This document shows, in pieces, positions 17,823-27,274 of a stretch of 64,000 nt of DNA; the first letter of the stretch is position 1; every line of letters begins with the position of its first letter. The stretch covers positions 96,001 to 160,000 of the forward strand of contig CAVVNQ010000008.1 in NCBI GenBank assembly GCA_963749705.1, given 5' to 3'. A model generated the notes under the pieces. That model was not told where the DNA came from and did no database searches. It saw nothing but the letters and a program-made list of their open reading frames with translations. Both the position numbers and the translations under genes were made by a program. The DNA is from an uncultured Chloroflexia bacterium (GTDB lineage: Bacteria; Chloroflexota; Limnocylindria; Limnocylindrales; CSP1-4).

Positions 17823-20741
17823 TCAGCCCAGCGGCGCCTCCAGCTCGCCCGGATCGGCGAACGCGGTCGCGCCGTCCGAGCGACCGGCCAGCGCCATCGC
17901 CTCGCGGTAGACGCCCACCGCGTCGTCCGCACACACGACCACGAGGTCGCCCGGGGCTGCCCGACGGAGCGCGGCACGGACCGCGGCCGCCTCGTCGAGG
18001 ATCTTCTCCACCTTCATCGCCCGGGCCCGACCCTCGCCGCGAACGGCGCGGATCCCGTTGGCGACGTTGGTGGCGCTCACCCCGGGCTCGCGGCCGCGGA
18101 GGTGCTTGTCCTCGCGGATCAGGATCTCGTCGAACGCGGTCGCTGCGAGCGCGCCGTACTCGGCCTGGTCCTCGTCACGGCGATCGCCGGGGATCCCGAT
18201 CACCCCGATCGCGCGCCCCGTGCGCGCCGGCTGCGGGTGCGCCCCCGAGCCGAGGACGCCGGAGCGCGTCTGCGGCTCGATCATCATCCGATTGACGAAG
18301 TCCGCGAGCTGGCGCATCCCGTCGACGTTGTGGCAGTAGTCGATCACGACGTGGGTGCCCGCGACCTCGACCAGGTTGAGCCGGCCGGGCGCCTGGAAGA
18401 ACGACGTCGTGAACGTGCGCAGCCCCTGGCGGATGTCGTGGAGATGCGCGCCCGCGGCCCACGCGCCGGCCGCCGCGGCGAGCGCGTTGGCGACGTTCAT
18501 CCGGGCTCGGCCGCCGAAGGTGGCGGGCATCAGGTGCGTGTACAGCACGGGCATCTTGCGCGGCCCGTGCTTGAGGATCACCAGCTCGCCCTGCGGGGTG
18601 TCCTCGAGGCAGAAGGCCGCGTTGCCGCGTGACGTGTGCCCGTCCACCCGGTCGTACCCGTCCTCGCCCTTGACCTTGGACATCGAGAACAGGACCACCG
18701 CGCCGGCACAGTGACGGGCCATCCGGTAGACAAGCGGGTCATCGGCGTTGAGCACGGCCGATCCGGAGCGCGGGACCGCTTCCACGATCACGCCCTTGAC
18801 GTTGGCGAGCTGGCCGATCGTCTCGATGCCGCCCAGGCCCAGGTGGTCGCCGGTGACGTTGGTCACGACCGCGACATCGTTGCGGTCGTAGCCCAGGCCC
18901 TCGCGCAGGATGCCGCCGCGGGCGACCTCGAACACCGCGGTGTCGACGGTCGGGTTCTGGAGCACCATCTGCGCGGACCGGGGACCCGACATGTCGCCGC
19001 GCTTCATCAGCCGGCCGTCGATGACGATGCCGTCGGTCGAGGTCATCCCCACCCGCCGGCCCATCAGCTTGAGGATGTGGGCGACCATCCGGACGGTCGT
19101 GGTCTTGCCGTTGGTGCCGGTGACGGCGAGGATCGGGATCCGGGCCGGCGTGCCGGGCGGGAACAGCATGTCGATGACCGGCTTGGCGACGTACTGCGGC
19201 TCGCCCTCGGTCGGATGGGTGTGCATCCGGAACCCGGGCGCCGCGTTGACCTCGACGATGCCGCCGCCCGTCTCGCGGACCGGGGTCTCGATGTCGGGGC
19301 AGATGAAGTCGATGCCGGCGATGTCGAGCCCGACCATCCGGGCGGCGGTCTCGGCGATCTCGACGTTGTCCGGGTGCGCCTCCGCGGTGCGATCGATCGA
19401 GGTGCCGCCGGTCGACATGTTGCCGGTCAGCGCGAGCTTGACGAAGGTGCCCGGCCCGGGAACGCTGTCCGGGCTGAGCTCCTGGCTCGCGAGCAGCGCC
19501 TCGGCCGCCTCGTCGAGCCTGATCCGGGTCAGCACCTTCTCGTGGCCGATCCCCCGGCGCGGGTCCGCGTTCGTGGCATCGACCAGCTCCCGGACCGTGC
19601 GCTCGCCATCGCCCGTGACGCTGGCCGGCACCCGCTCCGCGACCGCGGCGAGCCTGCCGTCGATGATCAGGCAGCGGTAGTCGTTGCCGGTGATGTAGCT
19701 CTCGACGATCACGTCCCCCGACCGGCTCTGGGCCAGCGCGACCCGGAACGCGGCCCGAACCGAGTCCTCGTCCCGCAGGTCGAGCACGACGCCCCGGCCG
19801 TGGTTGCCGTCGAGCGGCTTGAGCACGCACGGGTAGCCAAGGCGCCGGGCCGCGGCCGCCGCCGCGTCCTCGGTGTCGACGACCTCCGACCGGGGTACCG
19901 GCAGGCCCGCCGAATCGAGCAGCCGGTTGGTCAGCTTCTTGTCCGAGGCGATGTCCACCGCGATGCCGCCGGTGCGCGAGGTCATCGTCGCCCGGATCCG
20001 CTCCTGGTGGACGCCCTGGCCCAGCTGGACGAGGCTGTACCGGTCAAGCCGGATGTACGGGATGTCGCGGCTGGCGGCCTCGTCGATCAGCGCCTGCGTC
20101 GAGGGCCCGAAGGCGAGCCGCTCGGCAAGCCGGATGAGGTCCTCGAGCCGCGCCTGGAAATCGAACGCGTGCTCCGGGTCGTCCGGCGCGACGAGGTGGT
20201 TGACGAGGTCGACGGCCATCTTGCCGGCCTCGATCCCGACCTGCTCCTCGCGATACTCGAAGATGACGTTGTACCGGCCGTACTCGCCGGTGCCGCGCGT
20301 CTTGCCGTGACGGACGTCAGTGCCGGCCAGGTTCTGGAGCTCGAGCGCGACGTGCTCCGCCACGTGACCGACCCAGGTGCCGTCGCGCAGCCGGGTGATG
20401 AACCCGCCGCGGCGCCCGAGCGAGCACGCGTGGTCCTCGAGCGACGGCAGCAGGCCGACCAGCCCGTCCACGAACCCCGGGATCCGGTTGCTCGGATGCT
20501 CCTCGAGCACGCCCAGGTCCACGACCTGGCGGATGACCGGCTCGCGCGCCCAGTAGTTGGGCCCGCGAAGGACGCGGGTCTCGATCGTGCGCAGGGTCGG
20601 CCGGGGGCCCGTGGCCGTCTTGCCGGTGGCGCGCCGGCGGGCCCTGGAGGGCGCCGCGCCGCGTCCGGGTGCGCCGTCGGCTGCCTTGCCCGTGGAGGCC
20701 CGGCTGGCGCGCTTCCGGGGAGCGGGTTCCGTCTGCGCCAC
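17823..20741 (-). CDS. cphA: Cyanophycin synthetase CphA1
   Basis: N domain with C-x19-HVAEH, FGPSTQ, ATP-grasp KPLDGNHGRG / NMSTGG / EVNAAPGFRMH, Mur ligase VTGTNGKTTT; GAGGAG SD before GTG 20741. Confidence 0.97.
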   Translation of the reverse strand: MAQTEPAPRKRASRASTGKAADGAPGRGAAPSRARRRATGKTATGPRPTLRTIETRVLRGPNYWAREPVIRQVVDLGVLEEHPSNRIPGFVDGLVGLLPSLEDHACSLGRRGGFITRLRDGTWVGHVAEHVALELQNLAGTDVRHGKTRGTGEYGRYNVIFEYREEQVGIEAGKMAVDLVNHLVAPDDPEHAFDFQARLEDLIRLAERLAFGPSTQALIDEAASRDIPYIRLDRYSLVQLGQGVHQERIRATMTSRTGGIAVDIASDKKLTNRLLDSAGLPVPRSEVVDTEDAAAAAARRLGYPCVLKPLDGNHGRGVVLDLRDEDSVRAAFRVALAQSRSGDVIVESYITGNDYRCLIIDGRLAAVAERVPASVTGDGERTVRELVDATNADPRRGIGHEKVLTRIRLDEAAEALLASQELSPDSVPGPGTFVKLALTGNMSTGGTSIDRTAEAHPDNVEIAETAARMVGLDIAGIDFICPDIETPVRETGGGIVEVNAAPGFRMHTHPTEGEPQYVAKPVIDMLFPPGTPARIPILAVTGTNGKTTTVRMVAHILKLMGRRVGMTSTDGIVIDGRLMKRGDMSGPRSAQMVLQNPTVDTAVFEVARGGILREGLGYDRNDVAVVTNVTGDHLGLGGIETIGQLANVKGVIVEAVPRSGSAVLNADDPLVYRMARHCAGAVVLFSMSKVKGEDGYDRVDGHTSRGNAAFCLEDTPQGELVILKHGPRKMPVLYTHLMPATFGGRARMNVANALAAAAGAWAAGAHLHDIRQGLRTFTTSFFQAPGRLNLVEVAGTHVVIDYCHNVDGMRQLADFVNRMMIEPQTRSGVLGSGAHPQPARTGRAIGVIGIPGDRRDEDQAEYGALAATAFDEILIREDKHLRGREPGVSATNVANGIRAVRGEGRARAMKVEKILDEAAAVRAALRRAAPGDLVVVCADDAVGVYREAMALAGRSDGATAFADPGELEAPLG

Positions 20742-20823
20742 GTGAGCCTCCTCGCTGCCGTTGGGACGCCGAGTGTACGCGCGGCGGTCTGCGTGGCGCA
20801 CGATGCCCCACGCACGGCGCGGA

Positions 20824-21657
20824 TCAGCTGGACGCGACCTCGCCCTGGATCGCGTGCAGGTGCGGCGCCGTGACCCGCATCCGGCGACGGAGGTCGAACC
20901 GGTAGCCGGCGGGCAGCGAGTGGAGCACGACGTTGCTGATCATCAGCGGCCGGTGGCCGCGGATCTCCCAGGCGTCGGTCTCCGAGGCGGCGCCGTCGAC
21001 GACCGTGATCGAGCCGCGGCCGATGACCTCCATCACCTGGTCGGGGCCGACGATGCCCGCGGTGTCCTCGTCCACGCCGAGGCCGAGCAGGCCGGGGTTC
21101 TGGGCGATCAGGCTGAGCAGCCGCCCGAGCCGGTTCCGCTGCTGGAAGTGCTGGTCCACGATCACGCCCGGGAGCAGGCCCAGGCCCGCGGCGATCTGCG
21201 CCATCCGGTGCTTGGGGGTGGCGCCCGACCCGCCGAACGCGATCATGTGGCTGGACACGGCCGAGGCACCGGCGGACGTCCCCGCGACCACCGCCCCCGC
21301 CTCGAACCGGGCGGTGATCGCTTCGGCGAGGCGGGTGCCGCCGATCATCGATGACAGGCGGAGCTGGTTGCCGCCGGTCAGGAACACGCCGGTGGCGTCG
21401 TGGACGATGCCCGCCGCGTGCTCGTCGTTTGCCTGCGCTCGGGTCACCGCGTGGAGCGGTCGGACGGCGGCGGCGCCGAGCTCCATGAACACGTCGCGGT
21501 ACAGCCGGCCGGCCTCGGGCCCCATGGACGATGCGCTGCTGATGACGGTGATCCGGGCATCGGGTCCGCCGGCGAGCGCGATGAACCGGCCGAGGATGAC
21601 CCGGTCCCGGATCTTGTCCTCCGCGCCGCCGATGACGATGACCGTTCCCTGCGCCAT
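20824..21657 (-). CDS. cphB: Cyanophycinase (peptidase S51)
   Basis: IIGGAEDK-like start, TGGNQLRL, AGTSAGA (Ser), DQHFQQRNRLGRL, GVDEDT; directly upstream of cphA. Confidence 0.96.
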   Translation of the reverse strand: MAQGTVIVIGGAEDKIRDRVILGRFIALAGGPDARITVISSASSMGPEAGRLYRDVFMELGAAAVRPLHAVTRAQANDEHAAGIVHDATGVFLTGGNQLRLSSMIGGTRLAEAITARFEAGAVVAGTSAGASAVSSHMIAFGGSGATPKHRMAQIAAGLGLLPGVIVDQHFQQRNRLGRLLSLIAQNPGLLGLGVDEDTAGIVGPDQVMEVIGRGSITVVDGAASETDAWEIRGHRPLMISNVVLHSLPAGYRFDLRRRMRVTAPHLHAIQGEVASS

Positions 21658-21776
21658 GGTGGGCGGAGTATATCGGCGTCGGTGACGACGGAACCGCAGG
21701 CAGCACGACCGGCCATGGGTCGCGGCCGACGCGGGGCATGGTCAAGCGGCGCCCGGGCGCGCGAGAATGGCGCCTG

Positions 21777-22775
21777 ATGGACGCGACCGCCGCCCTCCGA
21801 CGACCCTCCCGCCGCCGCGCGGGCGTGATCCGTCGCGCGCTGCGGCGCGAGGCGACGCGGCTCCGTGACCCGCACCGGATCGCGGCGATGGCGATCCTGA
21901 TCATCGTGTTCGCGCTCGCGATCGCGGGCATGACCGCACGGGGCGATGTCGCGGGCGCCGACGCCCAGGCCTACTGGGCGGCGGTCAGGATCTGGATCGA
22001 GGGTGGCAACCCCTACCACCCGACCGGCCCGTTCCTCCCCTACGTCTATGCGCCGTGGATGCTGCCGCTGTTCACGCCATGGGCGCTGCTCCCGTGGGAG
22101 GTGGCCTGGTTCGCCTGGCGCGGCGCCACGATCCTGCTGCTGCTGTGGTCGATCCGGTGGGCGTATGCGAGGCGGCCGCTGCCGGCGGCGATCCTCGTCG
22201 GGCTGCTGGCGTTCCCGTTCGCCGCGAACCTGGACACCGGCAACATCAACCTGCTGCTCGCGCTCGGCCTGTTCGGCGCGCAGTTCACCGGGCCGCGGCT
22301 GGGCGGGTTCCTGTGGGGCCTTGCGACCTGGATGAAATGGGTCCCGGCGCCGCTGTGGCTGGTGCTGCCGCCACGGTCCCGGGCATGGGGCCTCGTGTTC
22401 CTCGCCCTGTCCGGGCTGCTGTCGCTGGCCATGCTGCCGCTGACGATCATCCAGCTCCAGGCCCTGTTCGGGTTCGGGCAGCGGCCGTTCCGGGCCGACT
22501 ACCTCGTGTTCATCTGGTCGGCGGTGCCGTGGTGGTGGCGGCACGCGGATCCGTTCGCGTTCCTGCGCGCCTCCTCGTGGCGCGACATGACCCGGTACGG
22601 GGCGAGCGTGGCGCGCTCGTGGGCGGGCGAGCTGCGCGCGGACCCGGTCGGATCGCTCGGGCGCGCGCGGGCCTGGCTCCACGACTGGGGCGGCCGGTTC
22701 CTGGGGCTGGAAGCGGCCGGCCAGCGTGCGCAGCGACCGGCGTCCGAGCCCGCGATCGCCGAGATCGGCGACTGA
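21777..22775 (+). CDS. GT87-like (DUF2029) membrane glycosyltransferase
   Basis: GADAQAYW, PYVYAPW, NLDTGNINLLL, TWMKWVP pattern typical of GT-C mannosyltransferases. Confidence 0.72.
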   Translation: MDATAALRRPSRRRAGVIRRALRREATRLRDPHRIAAMAILIIVFALAIAGMTARGDVAGADAQAYWAAVRIWIEGGNPYHPTGPFLPYVYAPWMLPLFTPWALLPWEVAWFAWRGATILLLLWSIRWAYARRPLPAAILVGLLAFPFAANLDTGNINLLLALGLFGAQFTGPRLGGFLWGLATWMKWVPAPLWLVLPPRSRAWGLVFLALSGLLSLAMLPLTIIQLQALFGFGQRPFRADYLVFIWSAVPWWWRHADPFAFLRASSWRDMTRYGASVARSWAGELRADPVGSLGRARAWLHDWGGRFLGLEAAGQRAQRPASEPAIAEIGD

Positions 22776-22997
22776 GAGCCTGCCGCACCCAACGCGTTGC
22801 TCGACAACTCCCGGGTGCGGGGCGTTGCCGACTCGACGATCGGCACTTCGGCCGCCTGATGCACCGGGTGCATCAATGTCGGCGCCAGCATGGCGGAATG
22901 GGGCCACGAGGCACCGTTCCGGCTCGCCAGCTGCCAGACTGGAGGACGGCCTGATGCGCCGGGTGAGTCGCACGCAGGCGGGGCTGGTGGCCGCGCC

Positions 22998-24347
22998 TCA
23001 GGCGGCCGACGCGGAGTCGGCGCCGGCACGCCCACGCGGCGGCTCGACGACCGGGCGCAGCGTGATCGCCGCAGCGAGGTACAGCACGACACCGAGCGCG
23101 AACACCGCGCGAGGGCTGAGCTCGATATAGCCCGCCCGGGTCACCAGGTCGAGGACGACGCCACCGATCGCGAGCCCCAGCGTGGTCGCCGAGGCGGTCG
23201 CGACGTTGCTCAGGCCCATGTACCGGCCCGCGGATGCGCGCGGGATGATGTCGGTCATCAGCGCCCAATCGACCGCGAGGAACGATCCCGCGGACGCCCC
23301 GAACAGGAAGCCGCCCAGCAGGGCCACCGGCACGTTGGGCGCGACGGCCGCGATCGCGATCCCCACGGCACCGATGGCGCAGGCGGCCCAGATCACGGGC
23401 TTGCGCCCGATTCGATCCGAGATCCTCGACGCCGGGACCACGGCGATGAGGTTCGCGACCACGACCACCGCCAGCACCAGCAGCTGTGTCTGGTTGGCCT
23501 CCTCCTTGAGCATCCCCAGCGCCCGACCGAGGAAGATGAGCACGAAGTTGGCGAGCAGCGCCCCGCCACCGAGGAACAGCAGACGGGAGAGCAGGAGCCA
23601 CACGTACGACCGCTCCTGGAGGATGTCGGTCGCCCACGCCTCGCGCGCGATCGTCGCCCATGACCTGCCGTGGCGCGGCCTCGGCGGCAGGCCCTTGCCC
23701 ACGCGCAGCACGACGCTGGCCATGCTGGCGAGCTCGATCATCGCAACGGCCAGCAGCGCCAGCGGCATCGCCTTGAGGCCGACCGCGAGCGCCACCAGCC
23801 CGTAGCCGGTCACGTTGCCCACGATCTGCATCAGCCCGACCATGCCGCTGGCCATCCCGACCTGGCGCTCCGCGACCATGTCCGGCACATAGCCCTGGAA
23901 CGGACCGCGTGCGGTGTTGGTGCTGAGCTGGAGCAGGATCACCGCCGCCGCCAGCACGTACACGTTGCCGGCCAGGGCGATCGCGGCCAGGAACACGAGG
24001 TCGAGCAGCGAGCCGACCACGATGAACGGCTTGCGCCGGCCCCAGCGGCTCTCCCAGAAGTCGCTGATGTAGCCCACCGTCGGCTGGACGATGATCGACA
24101 CGATCGCAACGCCGAGCCCGATCAGGAACATCGTGGTCCCGACCTCGCCCTGGGTCACGAAATGGTCGAACTCGAGGCGGTTCGTGTTGAACTGGCCGAC
24201 CGCGGAGTCGATCGTCGTCAGGCCCAGCCAGTAGGCCGAGATTCGCAGCAGGTGCGAGATCGGCAGCAGGCTGGTGGGCCGCTCGCCACTGTCCAGGGTG
24301 ACGTCGATCTCGACGCCGATGGTGGCCGTCGTCGCGGTGGCATCCAC
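22998..24347 (-). CDS. MFS transporter (GPH/sucrose-like)
   Basis: QPTVGYISD..SRWGRRKPFI, ISDRIGRKP, AVDWALMTD; GGAGG SD before GTG 24347. Confidence 0.92.
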   Translation of the reverse strand: MDATATTATIGVEIDVTLDSGERPTSLLPISHLLRISAYWLGLTTIDSAVGQFNTNRLEFDHFVTQGEVGTTMFLIGLGVAIVSIIVQPTVGYISDFWESRWGRRKPFIVVGSLLDLVFLAAIALAGNVYVLAAAVILLQLSTNTARGPFQGYVPDMVAERQVGMASGMVGLMQIVGNVTGYGLVALAVGLKAMPLALLAVAMIELASMASVVLRVGKGLPPRPRHGRSWATIAREAWATDILQERSYVWLLLSRLLFLGGGALLANFVLIFLGRALGMLKEEANQTQLLVLAVVVVANLIAVVPASRISDRIGRKPVIWAACAIGAVGIAIAAVAPNVPVALLGGFLFGASAGSFLAVDWALMTDIIPRASAGRYMGLSNVATASATTLGLAIGGVVLDLVTRAGYIELSPRAVFALGVVLYLAAAITLRPVVEPPRGRAGADSASAA

Positions 24348-24638
24348 GCCTGTGCCTCCGATCGCTGTCCGGTCCCGCCGGGTCCGCGTGTGGGTGGTCT
24401 CCCCGTTGGTTCGCGGGCGCCGGCCAGTTCCGGCGTCGATCGGTCGTTCGCGCCCTCGACGCGAATGTAGTGTGGAGACGCGCCGGCACCCGATGTGTGG
24501 CGCCTGAGCTCCGTGCTCGCGGGGAACATAGGTCGTGTCAGGGGCCGTGGCGAGGGTCGAATCGCCCATCGCGCGGGATGGCGGCCCAATCTGCGCAGGA
24601 TCAGGCAGGCCGGAGCCCGCGCAGGCGATACGCTCCGA

Positions 24639-24665
24639 GAACGGTTCCGGCTCCCCGTTCGTCAT
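24639..24665 (+). promoter_or_regulatory. Probable ECF-sigma autoregulatory promoter
   Basis: GAAC-N17-CGTC about 40 nt upstream of the ECF sigma start; matches generic ECF -35 AAC / -10 CGTC pattern. Confidence 0.5.
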
Positions 24666-24704
24666 GTCGGGCGAAGGGAGTCGACGATCTTGCTGGGGAG
24701 TGTC

Positions 24705-25259
24705 GTGGGGGAGCACGTCGGTCGCGGGGCGGCGAAGCCAACGCTGCGCGTCGTCGACGGACGCGCCGATGCGTTCCGCCGGCTGGTCGATCGCGAGCTC
24801 GACGCGGCCTACCGGCTGGCGGCCGTCATCCTCAACGACCGGGTCGAGGCCGAGGACGCCGTCCACGACGCGGCCGAGTCCGCGTGGCGACGGTGGGGCG
24901 ACCTGCGCGATCCGGCCCGGTTCGATGCGTGGTTCCGGCGGATCCTGGTCAACGGCTGTCGGGACCGCCTCCGGGCACGGGCGCGACACCGCGTGGTCGA
25001 CCTGGGCCGCGAGCTGACCGAGGCCGAGCACCCGCGGATCCCGGATGCGGCCGGAGCCGCCGAGGTGAGAGACGTGGTCGACCGAGCGCTCGACGACCTT
25101 GGCGCCGATGAGCGCGTGCTCATTGCGCTGCGGTTCCACCTCGACCTGTCCGTCCCAGCGATCGCTGCTGTCCTCGGGATTCCCGAAGGCACAGTCAAGT
25201 CGCGCCTGCACCACGCGATGAGCCGGATGCGCACGGCAATCGAGGAGGCCGACCGATGA
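24705..25259 (+). CDS. ECF RNA polymerase sigma factor
   Basis: AEDAVHDA, FDAWFRRILVN (region 2); IAAVLGIPEGTVKSRLHHA (region 4). Confidence 0.95.
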   Translation: MGEHVGRGAAKPTLRVVDGRADAFRRLVDRELDAAYRLAAVILNDRVEAEDAVHDAAESAWRRWGDLRDPARFDAWFRRILVNGCRDRLRARARHRVVDLGRELTEAEHPRIPDAAGAAEVRDVVDRALDDLGADERVLIALRFHLDLSVPAIAAVLGIPEGTVKSRLHHAMSRMRTAIEEADR

Positions 25260-26266
25260 GCGAGCAGGACGACCTGCGCCTCGAGCAGGCGATCGGCGCG
25301 GCGATGCGGCGCCGCGACCCAGGCCCCGCGCCGACGGGCCTTCGGGAACGGGTGGCGAACGTCCCGGAGGCGGCGCGGGAGGATCCGTCCACCCTGCGCC
25401 GGATCTCGGAGGCGGCCGTCCCGATCCTGGGACTTGTCGCCGCGGTCGTGCTCCTGCTGCTCGCGGTACCGCTGCTGCTGGCGCCCCAGATCGCGCCCGG
25501 TCCGGCGGCCTCCATCTCGCCGTCGTCCACGTTCGATCCGACCCTGGTCGGACCCGGCATCGTGGCCAGCCCGATCTCGACCGGGAGCGTGGTCGCCGTG
25601 CTGATGGTCGCCGGCGGCGCGCTCGTCGGAACCGGCCTGCGGGTCGGTGGCCGGCGCGGCTTCGCGCTGATCGCAATCGTCATCGTGGCGGGCTTTGGCG
25701 TGGCGCAGACGCTCACCGCGAGCATCGGCCCGGGACCGCTAACCTCGAGCCGTGGCCTGGGCGTGACGTTCGCCTCGCCGCCCGCCGGCTCGACCGCCAA
25801 GGACGTTGCCTACATCACCGCCGCCCCGGGGCAGCCGTTCTGGGTGGTGGTCTCGCTCATGAACGATGGGCCGCTGCCGATCCGCCTCCTGGGGCTGCAC
25901 GACCCGCTGGCGCCGGACCGCAGTGATCCCCCGGGAACGACGGAGGTCATCGCTCCCCGGCTCAGCGCCGTCTGGCGCGATACCGCCGAACATGGCGGCT
26001 CCAAAGGCGAAGCGTCCGCGGTTCCCCTGACACCGATCGACCTCGAGCCAGGCGACATCGTCGTCCTGTACCTCGTCGGCCGGGCGGACGCCTGTGCGTA
26101 CGGTCCGACGTATAGCCCTGGCCTTGGGCGCAGCGTCGGATACCGGGGCCCACCGGAGTTCGACGTCGTGTTCACCGTCTTCGGAATGCCCCGATCGATG
26201 CCCCTCGACCTACCCTACGACCTGCTCGAGCCGACGCCCGATGCGCCGTGCCCGCCTCAACCCTGA
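25256..26266 (+). CDS. Putative membrane anti-sigma factor
   Basis: ATGA overlap with sigma; short cytoplasmic N-terminus (APTGLRERV), about 3 TM helices, C-terminal beta-rich domain. Confidence 0.65.
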   Translation: MSEQDDLRLEQAIGAAMRRRDPGPAPTGLRERVANVPEAAREDPSTLRRISEAAVPILGLVAAVVLLLLAVPLLLAPQIAPGPAASISPSSTFDPTLVGPGIVASPISTGSVVAVLMVAGGALVGTGLRVGGRRGFALIAIVIVAGFGVAQTLTASIGPGPLTSSRGLGVTFASPPAGSTAKDVAYITAAPGQPFWVVVSLMNDGPLPIRLLGLHDPLAPDRSDPPGTTEVIAPRLSAVWRDTAEHGGSKGEASAVPLTPIDLEPGDIVVLYLVGRADACAYGPTYSPGLGRSVGYRGPPEFDVVFTVFGMPRSMPLDLPYDLLEPTPDAPCPPQP

Positions 26267-26538
26267 CGGATCGTCCGGTCGTACTCGGGGAAGTAGCGGC
26301 CGATGACCGGCAGCTCGAACCGGGACAGGATCGACTCCTTGGCCTCGCGGGCGAGCAGGAACGCAAACGATCGGCGCACGAGGTCCTCGGGGTCGGTGGC
26401 GCCGGGGGCAAGCCGCGCGACATCGGCTGACGAGACCGCGACCTCGTGGGTCGTCGACGACGCGCCCTCGCGGACCGTCACCCGGCACGTCCAGCCGTCG
26501 CCGGCCGGCGAGCATGCGACGTCGATCGTGGCAGCCAT
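26257..26538 (-). CDS. Conserved-looking small hypothetical protein
   Basis: SFAFLLAREAKESILSRFELPVIGRYFPEY C-terminus; CATCCT -10 box 6 nt upstream. Confidence 0.8.
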   Translation of the reverse strand: MAATIDVACSPAGDGWTCRVTVREGASSTTHEVAVSSADVARLAPGATDPEDLVRRSFAFLLAREAKESILSRFELPVIGRYFPEYDRTIRQG

Positions 26539-26626
26539 GCCTCGAGGATGGCAGGAATCAGCGGACGGCGCCGATTGAGGGCGACGCCGTCCGCTGCTGG
26601 CCGTGGGGAGACGGCCGGGTTGACGG

Positions 26627-27265
26627 TCAGGCCGGGTGTGCCTCCGGCTCGACCATCGAGGACTCGCCGTCGGCGGGGAGACCGAGGCGAAGGACGAAAC
26701 GGGTGAACACGGCAGCGCCGGTGATCCCGACCAGCGCCAGCGACAGCCACAGGATGGGTCGGGCCAGGGCGAGGTTGCCGACCGAGATCAGCGAGTTGGG
26801 CAGGTCGCCCAGGTAGGCCTGGTCCGCGGCCTCCATGCCGTAGACCTGCGGGACGATGTACAGGACCGACGCGATCACGAGCAGCGCGCTGAGCAGCCGG
26901 AAGTCGGCGGGGTTGTCGTCCGGGTCACGGAGCAGCTTGACGACGGTCGCCCACAGCAGGACGACGGTGGCCAGCGGTGCCGTGATCGGCAGCCCGACCT
27001 CGAGGTACAGGTTGGGGAACAGGAACACCACCGACAGGCACAGCGTGATCACCAGCAGCGCGTCGCGGGTGAGCACGTAGCTGAGCCACCACACGTCACC
27101 GCCGAACCGGAGGGTGAGGCGCTGGAGGAACCGGAGCACGTACGGTCGTGCGAAGTGGAGCGACAGCGTGAACGCCCAGATGATGGGCAGCACCGCGGCC
27201 ACGGACAGCACCATCCATTCGGAGCCGCCGGAGGTAAAGGCCGCAGCGAGTTCGTCACCAGTCAT
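26627..27265 (-). CDS. Uncharacterised polytopic membrane protein B (paralog of 27275-27886)
   Basis: About 5 TM segments; LHFARPY..TLRFGGDVWW..Y..RD..LPIT..YIVP. Confidence 0.88.
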   Translation of the reverse strand: MTGDELAAAFTSGGSEWMVLSVAAVLPIIWAFTLSLHFARPYVLRFLQRLTLRFGGDVWWLSYVLTRDALLVITLCLSVVFLFPNLYLEVGLPITAPLATVVLLWATVVKLLRDPDDNPADFRLLSALLVIASVLYIVPQVYGMEAADQAYLGDLPNSLISVGNLALARPILWLSLALVGITGAAVFTRFVLRLGLPADGESSMVEPEAHPA

Positions 27266-27274
27266 CGGGTCCTC

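Noticed and set aside
22854-22965. Similarity of GCCTGATGCG to enterobacterial REP sequences
   Set aside because: Short match only; no GTAG end and no RAYT transposase nearby
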